A stretch of 64,000 nucleotides of DNA from an uncultured beta proteobacterium (GTDB lineage: Bacteria > Pseudomonadota > Gammaproteobacteria > Burkholderiales > Usitatibacteraceae), in the NCBI GenBank assembly GCA_963816035.1, contig CAWFIU010000001.1, positions 1,954,742 to 2,018,741 of the forward strand, given 5' to 3'. Below are positions 53,486 through 63,441 of the stretch, piece after piece. The notes under the pieces are model-generated. The model saw only the letters and a program-made list of their open reading frames with translations. It was not told where the DNA came from and did not search any database. Position numbers and translations under genes: made by a program. How positions within the stretch are numbered: the first letter of the stretch is position 1; the number at the start of each line of letters is the position of its first letter.

Positions 53486-55289
53486 CTCTTCTGGGTGATC
53501 GTGTCGATCAACGCGGGCTGGCCCGACTTCACCTTCGCGATGGCGCGCTTCAACGCCGCGGCGACCTTCTTCGGATCGTCGATCGGCCCCTCGCCGTACC
53601 AGCCCATCGACTTGCGCGAGCCCCGCGAAGTCCGGGTCCGGGTCCGTCATGTCCATGCCGATGTGCGCGCGCTCCACCGGCGTGCCGCGCAACTTCGCCA
53701 TGCGGATCTGGTGCTCCCAGTCGTTGTAGTAGGCGCGGTTGTTGTACATGACGACCAGCATCGGGATGCGGTGCTTGGCCGCGACCCACAGGGCACCCGC
53801 GTCGAACATGAGGTCGCCGTCGGGCTGCATGTCCGACCACCAGCCGCTTCGCGTCGCGATGCGCGAGCGCCACGCCGAGCGAGATCCCGAACTGGGTGGC
53901 GGTCCCGAGCGAGCGGCCCGCATGGCGGTACGGCCTGTCGAAATTCCACAGCTTGCGCGTCCACTCCTCGAGCGTGCCGGCGGTGAGCACCCAGTCCTCG
54001 CCCCTGATCGCGGTCCACACTTCCAGGCCAGGCGCGGGAGCGTGATGGGGGAGGCGTCCCGGTCCTCCTTCGCCTGCGCTTCCCATTTCTTCCGGCGCGC
54101 CTTCGTCTTCGCGGTGACTTGCGGCGGTGCGCGCCTTCACGCGCGCGCGTAGCTTCGCGTCCTTCGCGAGGCGCGCCTTCAGGAGCTGCGTGAGCATCGG
54201 GATCGCGAGCGTCGTATCGGCCATCACGCGCAGGTCCGCGTGGTTCATGCGCTGGTAGTCGAGCGCCCAGCTCGAGAGCTCCAGGTCGCCGAAGCCGATC
54301 TCGATCCACTTCGCGCTCGCCGGCACCACGGAGGCGAGCTCGCGCGTCGTGCTCGCGAGCTCCGTGGTGGGCTTCTCCCAATCGCGCGCGTCGAGGCAGA
54401 GGATCGAGGTCGGCGTCGCGGAAATGCATCCTTCGAGAGGCTCACGTTGAGCGGATGGCGGCTCGGGAAGTTCAGCCGGCTGTTGATGTCGTACACCGGG
54501 ACGCCACCCGCCTCGGCCAGCTCCACCAGGCCGTGGAAGGCCTCGGGGTCGCGGCCGGTGTACTCGGCGATGATCACCGGGCGCTCGGCCGCGGCGATCA
54601 TGTCGGCGGCTTGCGCGAGCGCGGCGGGATCCGGCCCCAGGCGCGAGGGCACCTTGACGGCGCCGGCGGGGGCAATGCACCTCGTGCTCGAGCTTCTGCT
54701 CCTGCAGCCACGCGTCGTAGATCATGTAAACGGGGCCCTGGGGCTGGGTCATCATGACGCCGTAGGCGCGCGCGAACGCTTCGGGCACCCCGTCGATGGT
54801 ATGCGGCTGGTAGTCCCATTTCGTGTACTGGCGCACCGCTTCGCCCTGCCCCTGCGCGGTATGGATCCAGTCGATGCGCGGGCGGCGCTTGGTCTCGTCC
54901 ATCGGGCCCGTGGCGCCGACGATGAAGACCGGCGCGCGGTCGATGTAGGCGTAGTAGATCGCCATGTTGGCGTGCAGCAGGCCCACGAGGTTGTGCAGGA
55001 TCGCGACCATGGGCTTGCCGCTCGCCTTCGCGTAGCCGTGGGCCACCTGCACCGCGGTCTCCTCGTGCTGGCAGAGCATCATCGTCGGGCGGTTCTGCCC
55101 GTAGTTGACGATGGAGTCGTGCAGCCCGCGGTAGCTGGCGCCCGGATTCAACGCGGCATGCGGGAGGTCGTAGGCGTGCAGCAGGTCCACGATCACGTCG
55201 GAGGCCCAGCGGTCCTTCGTGGGCGCGACAGGGTACTTCGAGGCGCGCGGCGTCGTCTTGATGCGCATCTTGTCGTGCTTCTTCTGCAT
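53482..55289 (-). CDS. ThDP-dependent enzyme (benzoylformate decarboxylase/ALS-like, frameshifted)
   Basis: LNPGASYRGLHDS, CQHEETAVQVAHGYAKASGKP, ThDP motif QPDGDLMFDAGALW..YNNRAY. Confidence 0.88.
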
Positions 55290-55313
55290 GGTCTCCGGAG
55301 CTTCAGGCCGCTC

Positions 55314-56436
55314 TCAGGGCGACGCATTTGTCGGGATCGAGGCGGACGAAGATCGGCGTGGCCGATCGGCGTGCGCAGCGACGGATGGCGGCGCGAAAGC
55401 AGCGCGCGCTCGCCCAGCTTCACCTGGAAGTCGACGCATTCGCCGAGGAAGACCTTCTGGTCCACCTTGCCCTCGCGCACGTTGGCGCCCTCGGGCTTCG
55501 ACTCGGCGAGCGTCCACGTCCTCGGGCCGCACCGACAGCAGCACCTTGTCCTCGGCGCGCAGCGGCTCCGTGCGCGAGCACGCTGAGGTCGCCGATCTCG
55601 GTGCGCACGCGGTAGCGGCCCGTCGCCGTCGGGGCCGAGCACCGAGCCGTCGAGGAAATTGGTGCTGCCGACGAAGTCCGCCACGAACTCGTTCCCGGGA
55701 CGCTCGTAGATGTCGCGCGGGCTGCCGACCTGCAGGATGCGCCCCTCGTTCATGACCGCGATCTCGTGGGAGAGCGCCAGCGCCTCGCTCTGGTCGTGGG
55801 TCACGTAGACCGTGGTGATGCGCAGCTCGCGCTGCAGGCGCTTCAGCTCGAAGCGCATCTTCTCGCGCAGCTTCGCGTCGAGGTTGGACAGCGGCTCGTC
55901 GAGGAGCAGGAGCTGCGGCTGCATGACCAGCGCGCGGGCGAGCGCGAGGCGCTGCTGCTGGCCGCCGGAGAGCTTGGTCGCCTCGCGCTCGGCGAGGTGG
56001 TCGAGCTGCGTCGCGGCGAGCACGCGCATCACCTTGTCGCGAGCTCCTGGCGCGAGAACCGGCGCTCGCCCACCTCGAGCGGGAACGCGGCGTTCTGGAA
56101 CACGCTCATGTGCGGCCAGATCGCGTAGGACTGGAACACCATGCCGAAGCCGCGGCGGTTCGGCGCGACGAAGACACGCTTGGCGCGACGAGTACACGAC
56201 GCGGTCGTTGACCGCGATCTCGCCCACGCGCGGGCGCTCGAGCCCGGCGATGGAGCGCAGCGTCGTGGTCTTGCCGCAGCCGCTCGGGCCGAGCAGCGTG
56301 AAGAGCTTGCCCTCGGGCACCTCGAAGGTCACGTCCTGGGCGGCCTTCACGATCTCGCCGCGCTCGTTCGGATACTCGGTAAAGAGTCCTTCGACTCTCA
56401 GCACGACCTTCTCCTCGGGATTGCCGTCGCTTTCAT
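55314..56436 (-). CDS. ABC transporter ATP-binding protein (FbpC/PotA-like)
   Basis: LLGPSGCGKTT, LSGGQQQR, LLLDEPLSNLDAKLR, VTHDQSEAL, TOBE-like C-terminus. Confidence 0.92.
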
Positions 56437-58151
56437 TCCTTGATTCCGAACTTGCGGCCGAGCCACTGCGCGACCATGACCAGGAAGAAGAGCGCGAGGA
56501 TGAACATCACGCCCAGCGCCGAGAGCTCGACGTACTGGCCGTTCTCCCAGAGCTCCCAGATCACCACCGACACGACCTCGGTGCCGGGGCTGTAGAGCAG
56601 GATCGAGCTCGACAGCTCGCGGATCGACAGCAGACATCACGTAGATCCAGCCCGCCACGAGGCCGGGCTTGAGCAGCGGCAGGATCACGCGCCAGAAGGT
56701 CGTGAACCACGAGGCGCCGCTCATCGCCGCGCTATTCCTCGAGCTCCCTGTGGATCTGCAGCATCGAGGTGGTGTTGTAGCGCAGCCCGTAGGGCATGAA
56801 GCGCGTCACGTAGGCGATGAAGAGGATCCAGATCGTCCCGTACACGCCGACGTCGACGTTGAGGTAGAAGATCATGATCGCCAGTCCCAGCACGAGCCCC
56901 GGGAAGACGAGCGGCAGCGACGCGATGTTGTCGAGGAGCCAGCGCCCCGGAAGCTTCGTCTTCACGACGATCCAGCAGATCACCGACGTCACCAGCATGA
57001 TGATGGTCGCGGTGCCGAAGGCGAGCAGCAGGCTGTTGACCACCGAGCGCACGAGGCTCGGGTAGGTGACGATGAAGATGTACGGGATCGAGCGTGAGGT
57101 TGTGCAGCGCCTTCCACGACGGCACCTGGTAGAACTTCTGGAACGACGACCACACCAGGACCGAGAACGGCAGCACCACGATCAGCAGGAAGTACGCGAT
57201 GAAGATGCCGGCCGTGAGGTAGCGCCAGCGGCCGAGGTCGATCTGCCGCGGCCGGAAGCCCTTGCCCGTCATCGTCGCGTACTTCGACCCGCGGCTGGAC
57301 AGGCGCGATTGCATGTACACGCCCACGCTGGTGATGAGCAGCAGCGTCACGGCGTAGGCGCTCGCGAGCCCCACCTGGCTCGGATAGCGGTGCACCGCCT
57401 CGTAGATCGACGAGGTGAAGACCTCGATGCCGACCGGCAATCCCAGCAGCGCCGGCACCTCGAAGGACTCGATGGCGCGCACGAAGAGGATGAGGATGGT
57501 GGCGAAGATCGCCGGCCACGAGAGCTTGAGCGTGATGCGCCAGGCCACCTGCAGCACGTTCGCCCCGCTCATCATCGCCGATTCCTCGAGCGCCGGATCC
57601 ATCGCGCGGAACGCCGCCGACATGAGCAGGAACGCCATCGGCGAGTAGTGCAGGCCGTCGACCCAGATCATTCCCGGCAGGGAATAGATGTCGAACACGT
57701 GGTGCTCGAGCCCGAGGAAATCCTTGAGCACGAGGTTGAGGATGCCGATCTTCGGGCTCGCCAGCAGGATCCACGACACCGTGAAGAGCACGCTCGGGAT
57801 GATGAGCGGGATCACCGACAGCCCGTAGAAGAGCGCCTTGAACGGCGTGTTGGTGCGCTCGTTCATCCACGCGAGGCCGCTGCCCACGAGGAAGGAGAAG
57901 AGCGAGGCGCCGATGGCGAAGCCCACCGAGTTGCGCAGCAGCGTCCACGTCTCGCTGCTCCCGTAGGCGTCGCGGTAGTTGCCGAAGGTGAAGCGCGCGG
58001 CCACCTCCGCCGTCTGCGGCGTGAAGAAGCTCTGCCAGAGCAGGAATCCCAGGGGCACGATCGCGAGGTAGATGGTGATCGCCACGCACAGCGCGATCAC
58101 GATCCATCCCCACTCGATGCGCCGGCCCTCGCGCGGGGCCGCCGCCGCCAT
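56433..58151 (-). CDS. ABC transporter permease (FbpB-like, two EAA domains, frameshifted)
   Basis: MDPALEESAMMSGA..ITLKLSWP and HRELEE..SGASWFTTFWRVILPLLKP; AAAGGA SD before ATG 58151. Confidence 0.9.
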
Positions 58152-58158
58152 CAAGGGC

Positions 58159-58209
58159 GTTCCTTTATGTAGAACGTCGGTCTGCATAGGAATACGGCCG
58201 AATCTAGCA
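58159..58209 (-). promoter_or_regulatory. extended -10 promoter (TG-C-TAGATT) with operator GTTCTAC-ATA-AAGGAAC
   Basis: TGCTAGATT at 58209-58201; operator at 58159-58175 overlaps the SD; weaker copy at 58179-58195. Confidence 0.55.
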
Positions 58210-58920
58210 CGCCCCCAGTTTCGCGTGGTGGTAGTCCCACACCTTGCGCAGCAGGTGCGGCTTGCGCAGGTTGGCGCCGATGGTGTCCACCTCCGCGCCG
58301 CTGAGCGCGTACGGCGTTCCGAGCGCGCGCGCGAGGTACTGGCGGCGCGCGGTCTCCTCCAGGTAGATCGCGAGCACGAACGCTTCCACGATGTCCGAGC
58401 CCGCGATCACCGCGCCGTGGGACTTGAGCATCACGACGCGATCGCCGCCGAGTGTCGCGGCGAGCTCCTCGGCGAGCGGCTTCTGGTTGATGGAGGCGGT
58501 CTTCGGGAAGAGGCGGATCGGTCCCATCACCGCCGCCTGCATCGTGACCGGCTCCACGCGCTGGCCCGTCATGCTGAAGAGCGTGGACCACAGCGGATGG
58601 GTGTGCGCGACCGCGGCCACGTCGCGGCGCCGGCGGTAGATCTCGGTGTGGATGTGGAATTCCATCGGCGGCACCACGTCGCCGTCCACCGGGCGGCCGT
58701 CCATGTCGATGGCGATGATGTCCTCGGCGGTGAGCGCGCTCCTCACCGACTTGCCGGAGTTGATGAGCACGTGGTCGCTGCCCGGCAGGCGGCAGCTCAT
58801 GTGCCCGTTGAAGTCGATCACCCCGGCACGCTCCATCATGAGGAGCGCGTCGGCCAGCTGCTGCCTGAGCGCGCGCGTGTCGGCCTTCGGCGCGCCCTTC
58901 GATACCGTGGGTGTGCTCAT
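58204..58920 (-). CDS. class II aldolase/adducin family protein (possible decarboxylase)
   Basis: FNGHMSCR, PPMEFHIHTEIYRRRRDVAAVAHTHP, VMLKSHGAV. Confidence 0.88.
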   Translation of the reverse strand: MSTPTVSKGAPKADTRALRQQLADALLMMERAGVIDFNGHMSCRLPGSDHVLINSGKSVRSALTAEDIIAIDMDGRPVDGDVVPPMEFHIHTEIYRRRRDVAAVAHTHPLWSTLFSMTGQRVEPVTMQAAVMGPIRLFPKTASINQKPLAEELAATLGGDRVVMLKSHGAVIAGSDIVEAFVLAIYLEETARRQYLARALGTPYALSGAEVDTIGANLRKPHLLRKVWDYHHAKLGAC

Positions 58921-60615
58921 GGATGCGCCTCCCCGTGACGGTCGTGACGATGGTGGTGATGCCCGTGGCCGTGCTCGTGGCCGTGCTCGTGGCCATGGCC
59001 GTGCCCGCGCATGCGGGGGCCGCGCGGGTCCTCGCTGAAGACGAGCGACTTGATCGTGACCGGCACCGTGTACGAGGGCATGCGCACGCGCCCGAGGTCG
59101 ACGTAGTCGAAATCCCAGAGGGAGATGCCGTCGATCACCAGGACCTCGGAGGCGATGCCCCACTCCTCCTTGAGCAGCGCGCCGAGCGAGTGCGCCACGT
59201 CGCCGTCGAGCACGAGGTAGAGCGGCCGCGCCTCGAGGATCGTCATCGGCAGCGCCTCGGCGATGCCGCGCGCGAGCGCCGCGAGCCGCGCGTACGACGG
59301 AGGACCCTGCCAGCGGAACGCGAGCGCCACCTCCGCGGCGCCTTCCACCAGGTCGAACGCCTCGAAGTGGCGGCGGATCGCCTGCGTCACGCGCGCCGCG
59401 TCGATGTCGCCCTCGAGGCAGACGTCGGGCTGCAGCACCTGCAGGTTCTTGCGCGGCAGCAGCGCGCCGGGGTTGGACACGTACACGGTGTTGCCCGAGA
59501 GCTGCACGCTGTATTCGGACGCGCCGATGGCCGTCGCGCGGATGCACTCGCCCGCGGGCAGCAGCGTGAGCGCAAGGCGGCCCGCCTCGATGCGCGCGCG
59601 GATCGCCAGTCCCAGGCGCCGGCCGAGATCGGCGAAGTCGCGCGTCTCGCGGCCGTAAACGTATTCGCCCACGCCGCCCGAGAACATCACGCCGGCGATG
59701 CCTTCCACCGGTTCCAGCGGATCGGTGAGCCACAGCGCCTCGACGTCCGCGGGCGCGGGGCTTCGCGTGAGGGCCGCCACGAGCGCGTCGGCCATCCATT
59801 CGGTGACGCGTCGGAGCTCCTCATCCGTGGCGGCGCCGGCGAGCGACCAGTCGACGCCGGCGTAGCTTCGCGAGCTGCCGGCCCGCGGGATCGAGCCGGG
59901 TGATGCGGCCGCCGTCCACCACGGCCAACCTGCCCCCGATGTGGATCGCCGCGGTGTGCACGACGCGGCCGTTCTCGACGAGCGCCAGCTTCGTCGTGCC
60001 GCCGCCGATGTCCACGTTGAGCACCGGTCGGCCGAGGTCGTGCGAGGCCTTCGCGGCGCCCGAGCCGTAGGCGGCCAGCAGCGATTCCATGTGGTGGCCC
60101 GCCGTCGCGCAGACGAACTCGCCGCCCATCTCCGCGAGCACGTCGGCGATCGCCTTCGCGTTCTCGCGCCGCAGCGCTTCTCCGGTGAGGATCACGGCGC
60201 CGGTGTCGATCTGGTCCGGATGGATCCCCGCCTCGGTGTACGCGCGGTCCACGATGTCGCCCACGGCGCGCTCGTCGATGCGCTCCTCGCTCACGTACGG
60301 CGTGAGCGCGACCGGCGACTGGTGCAGCGTCTCGCGCTTCACCACGTAGTAGCGGCTGGTGAGGTCCTCCGAGAGCCGGCGCATGTAGATGCGCGAGAAG
60401 ATCACCTGCGTGCCCGAGGAGCCGATGTCGATGCCCACCGACACGAGCGTGATGTGGTCCTGCTGCCAGAGCGCGTCGCCCTCGAGGTCGTACTCGCCGA
60501 GGTCGTCGTGGTCGTGATCGTGGTCGTAGTCGCCCTCGGCGTGCGCGTGCGTGCCGTCCACGCCCATCATGTGGTCGAGGAGGCTGTGCTTCTTCGTCCC
60601 GAGGGGCTCGGCCAT
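58917..60615 (-). CDS. EutA-like ASKHA ATPase (reactivase family) with His-rich N- and C-termini (indels near 59800-59870)
   Basis: LVSVGIDIGSSGTQVIFS, IDTGAVILTGEALRRENA, FVCATAG..ESLLAAYGSGA, LNVDIGGGTTKL, FSGGV, IRATAIGAS..QLSGNT, VPVTIKSLVF. Confidence 0.88.
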
Positions 60616-61607
60616 CAGATCCTGAAGCTTTCCATCGTCTCGGGCGCGAAGAGCTCCTCGGGCTGGAGGAGCTTCTTCGACAACCCCTGCTCGTGGTGGT
60701 AGCGCAGGAAGGTCGCGAGCGCCGCGCGGTTGGGCGCGAAGCCGTAGGGCCAGTAATCGTCGCCCATGAGCTCGCGCGCGTCCTCCACGTGCTTCGTGAG
60801 CCACGGCAGCATCGTCTTCAGCGCCGCGGTCACGTAGAGGTCGTCGTAGGCCTCGCGCTGCGCCTGCGCGAACGCCTTGTAGAGCGACATCGCGATCCAC
60901 GGATGCTGCTGGTAGAGGCTGCGGCGGATCGCCACCGTGTGCATGATCGGGAAGATCCTGGTCTTGCGGAAGTACGCCTGCTCGACCTCCATGTAGTTCT
61001 CGAACAGGCGCTTCACGCGGTCGCCGGCCGTGCGGTACGTGGACGGCATGCGCGCGGTGTAGAGCGCGTCGATGGCGCCGTCGCGCAGCATCGCCGCAAG
61101 CGTCTGCCCCGCGCCGATCGGCTGGACCCTGATGTTCGCCGGAAGGTCCAGCTTGAGCTTCTCCGGCCGGCCGGGCTCCTCCTCGCCGCCCGTGTGGTAC
61201 GTGACGCCGTCCACCGGCACGCCGTACTCGTCCTGCAGGATGCCGCGGATCCACACCGGCGCGGTCATCTGGTACTCGGGATTGCCGACCTTCTTGCCGG
61301 CGAGGTCCTTCGGCTCGCGGATGCCCGAACTCGCGTTCACGTAGATGCACGAGTGGCGGAAGAAGCGCGACGGAAATACCGGGATCGCGACGAACGGCCG
61401 GTCGGGCTTGAAGAGCGAGACCGTGTACGACGAGAGCGACATCTCCGCCACGTCGAACTCCTGGTGCCGGAGCATCCGGAAGAACGTCTCCTCGACCGGC
61501 ATGTCGAGGTACGTGAGGTCGATGCCGTCGGGCTGGATGCGCCCCTCGAGGAGCCCGCGCGTGCGGTCGTAGTTCCAGCAGCCGAGCGATAGCCTAAGCT
61601 TGGACAC
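60615..61607 (-). CDS. 4,5-dihydroxyphthalate decarboxylase-like protein (OphC/Pht5 family), second copy
   Basis: LSLGCWNYDRT, EETFFRMLRHQEFDVAEMSLSSY, IPVFPSRFFRHS, PEYQMTAPVWIRG, IFPIMH, DYWPYG..NR. Confidence 0.88.
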   Translation of the reverse strand: MSKLRLSLGCWNYDRTRGLLEGRIQPDGIDLTYLDMPVEETFFRMLRHQEFDVAEMSLSSYTVSLFKPDRPFVAIPVFPSRFFRHSCIYVNASSGIREPKDLAGKKVGNPEYQMTAPVWIRGILQDEYGVPVDGVTYHTGGEEEPGRPEKLKLDLPANIRVQPIGAGQTLAAMLRDGAIDALYTARMPSTYRTAGDRVKRLFENYMEVEQAYFRKTRIFPIMHTVAIRRSLYQQHPWIAMSLYKAFAQAQREAYDDLYVTAALKTMLPWLTKHVEDARELMGDDYWPYGFAPNRAALATFLRYHHEQGLSKKLLQPEELFAPETMESFRI

Positions 61608-61619
61608 ACGCCGTTCCCC

Positions 61620-62626
61620 TCAATAAAAGCTGTCGAAGTGGACCTGCGGATACGGCACGCGCTTGTCGATCAGCATGCGCTGCACCGCCTCGGCCATCGG
61701 GGGCGGCCCGGCGAAGTAGTACTCGAAGTCGGCCCAGCGCTCGCCGATGAAGTCGCGCGCGAGCTCGTGCACGAATCCCTTCGCGCCCTGCCATCCGTCC
61801 GGCTCCTGCGATTGCGAGAGCACCGGATGGAAGAAGAGCCGCTCGCCGTAGCCCGGAAGCGCGCAGAGCTCGGTCTGCCCGCACAGGTCGCGCGACGTGC
61901 GTGCGCCGTAGAAGACATGGATGTTGCGCCCGTCGAGCTTGCGCTCGCGCACCGCGCCGCGCGCGATGGACAGGACGGGTGCCAGCCCCGAGCCGCCGCC
62001 GATGCAGACGATGTCGCGCGGGCTGTCCGTGCGCAGGTACGCGAGGCCGTAGGGCCCGTCGATCTCGACCTCGGAGCCCACCGCCACGCCGTGGAAGAGC
62101 GTGCTGGTCCCCGTGCCGCCGGGCACGCGCCGCACGATGAACTGCCACCGGCCGCCGCCGTCGTCCACGTTGGACATCGAATAGGTGCGCGGCGCCGCGA
62201 GCCCGGGCAGGTAGAAGAGCGCGTACTGGCCCGGAAGGAATCCCGGGCGCGCCCTGGGCGAGGAAGGTGAACTCGCGCATGTCGTGGGTGAGGTCGCGCA
62301 CGGCCTCGAGGCGGGCGCGGAAGCGCGCGGGCCGGTGGCGCGGCACGTTCTCCTCGCGCAGCCGGACCTTGATCGTGCAATCGGCACGCGGCTGCGCCTG
62401 GCACGCGAGCACGCGGTTCTTCGCGCGGTCGCGCTCGGCGAGGCCGGGAGCGTCGGGACGCAGCGATTCGATCGCGCCCCTGCACCAGCTCCACCTTGCA
62501 CGTGCCGCAGGAGCCGGAGTTGCATTCGTACGGCATGCCGAGCCCGGAGCGCAGCGCGGCTCGCAGCAGCGTGTCGTCCTCGGCGCAGCGATAGGCCTCG
62601 CCGCCCGCGATGCGCACCTCGTGCAT
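61620..62626 (-). CDS. [2Fe-2S]-FAD-NAD(P)H oxygenase reductase (frameshifted)
   Basis: PYECNSGSCGTCK..LACQ; RTYSMSN; DGPYG; IGGGSGLAP; YFAGPPPM. Confidence 0.9.
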
Positions 62627-63441
62627 CAGTCGGCCATCATCGCCGTAGAAAGCGACGGCATGTATCCGAGGCGGCGCGAGATCGTTCGTCGGCGGCGGCG
62701 ACCACCGAGGGAATCGTCGTCTGCACCGTCTTCTTGCTCATGCGCTGCACGGGCGCGGCGACGCTGATGGCGGCGACCACCTGCGCGCTGTGGTCGCGGA
62801 TGGGGGCGGCCACGCAGCGCAGGCCCACCTCGATCTCCTCGTCGTCGATCGCGTAGCCGCGCGCGCGGATCGAGGCGAGCTCCGCCCGAAGCGCGTCGGG
62901 CTCGGTGATCGTGTTGACGGTGTAGCGCCTGAGCCCCGCGTCGATCACCTGCTGCACGACCTCGGCCGGCTGGAACGCGAGCAGCGCCTTGCCGACCCCG
63001 GTGCAATGGGCGGGCGCGCGCGAGTCCGAGGCCCGAGGACAGGCGCACCGCCTGGCGGCTTTCGCGGATGCGGATGTAGAGCACGGTGAGGTGGTCGAGG
63101 ATCGCGAGCTGCACCGTCTCGCCGCTGGAATCCGCGAGCGCGTGGATCTCGCCCTGCGCCTCGGTGGCAGTGTCCATCTTGCGGCGCACCAGCGTGCCCA
63201 GCTCGAAGAACGCGAGGCCGAGGCGGTATTTCCCGGTCTCGCGGTTCTGCTCCAGCATGTCGTACTCGACCAGCGTGGTGGCGAGCCGATGCACGGTGCT
63301 CTTCGCCAGCCCGAGGCGCGCGGCGAGCGCGCTGATGCCCATCTCGTATTCCTGCTCCGAGAAGGCCTTGGTGAGGCGCAGCGCGTTGGCGACCGACGAG
63401 AGCCGCATGCGCCGCGGCTTGGGTTTCTTCACGCGTTCCAT
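62626..63441 (-). CDS. IclR-family transcriptional regulator (frameshifted)
   Basis: SSVANALRL..LGLAKSTVHRLATTL..KYRLG; GETVQL; GYAIDDEE..GLRCVAAPIRD..AAISV. Confidence 0.92.
   Translation of the reverse strand: MERVKKPKPRRMRLSSVANALRLTKAFSEQEYEMGISALAARLGLAKSTVHRLATTLVEYDMLEQNRETGKYRLGLAFFELGTLVRRKMDTATEAQGEIHALADSSGETVQLAILDHLTVLYIRIRESRQAVRLSSGLGLARARPLHRGRQGAARVPAGRGRAAGDRRGAQALHRQHDHRARRASGGARLDPRARLRDRRRGDRGGPALRGRPHPRPQRAGGRRHQRRRARAAHEQEDGADDDSLGGRRRRRTISRRLGYMPSLSTAMMAD

Noticed and set aside
58917-60615. Ethanolamine utilisation (eut) locus
   Set aside because: Only an EutA-like gene is present; there are no eutB/C, eutT or shell genes in the window.
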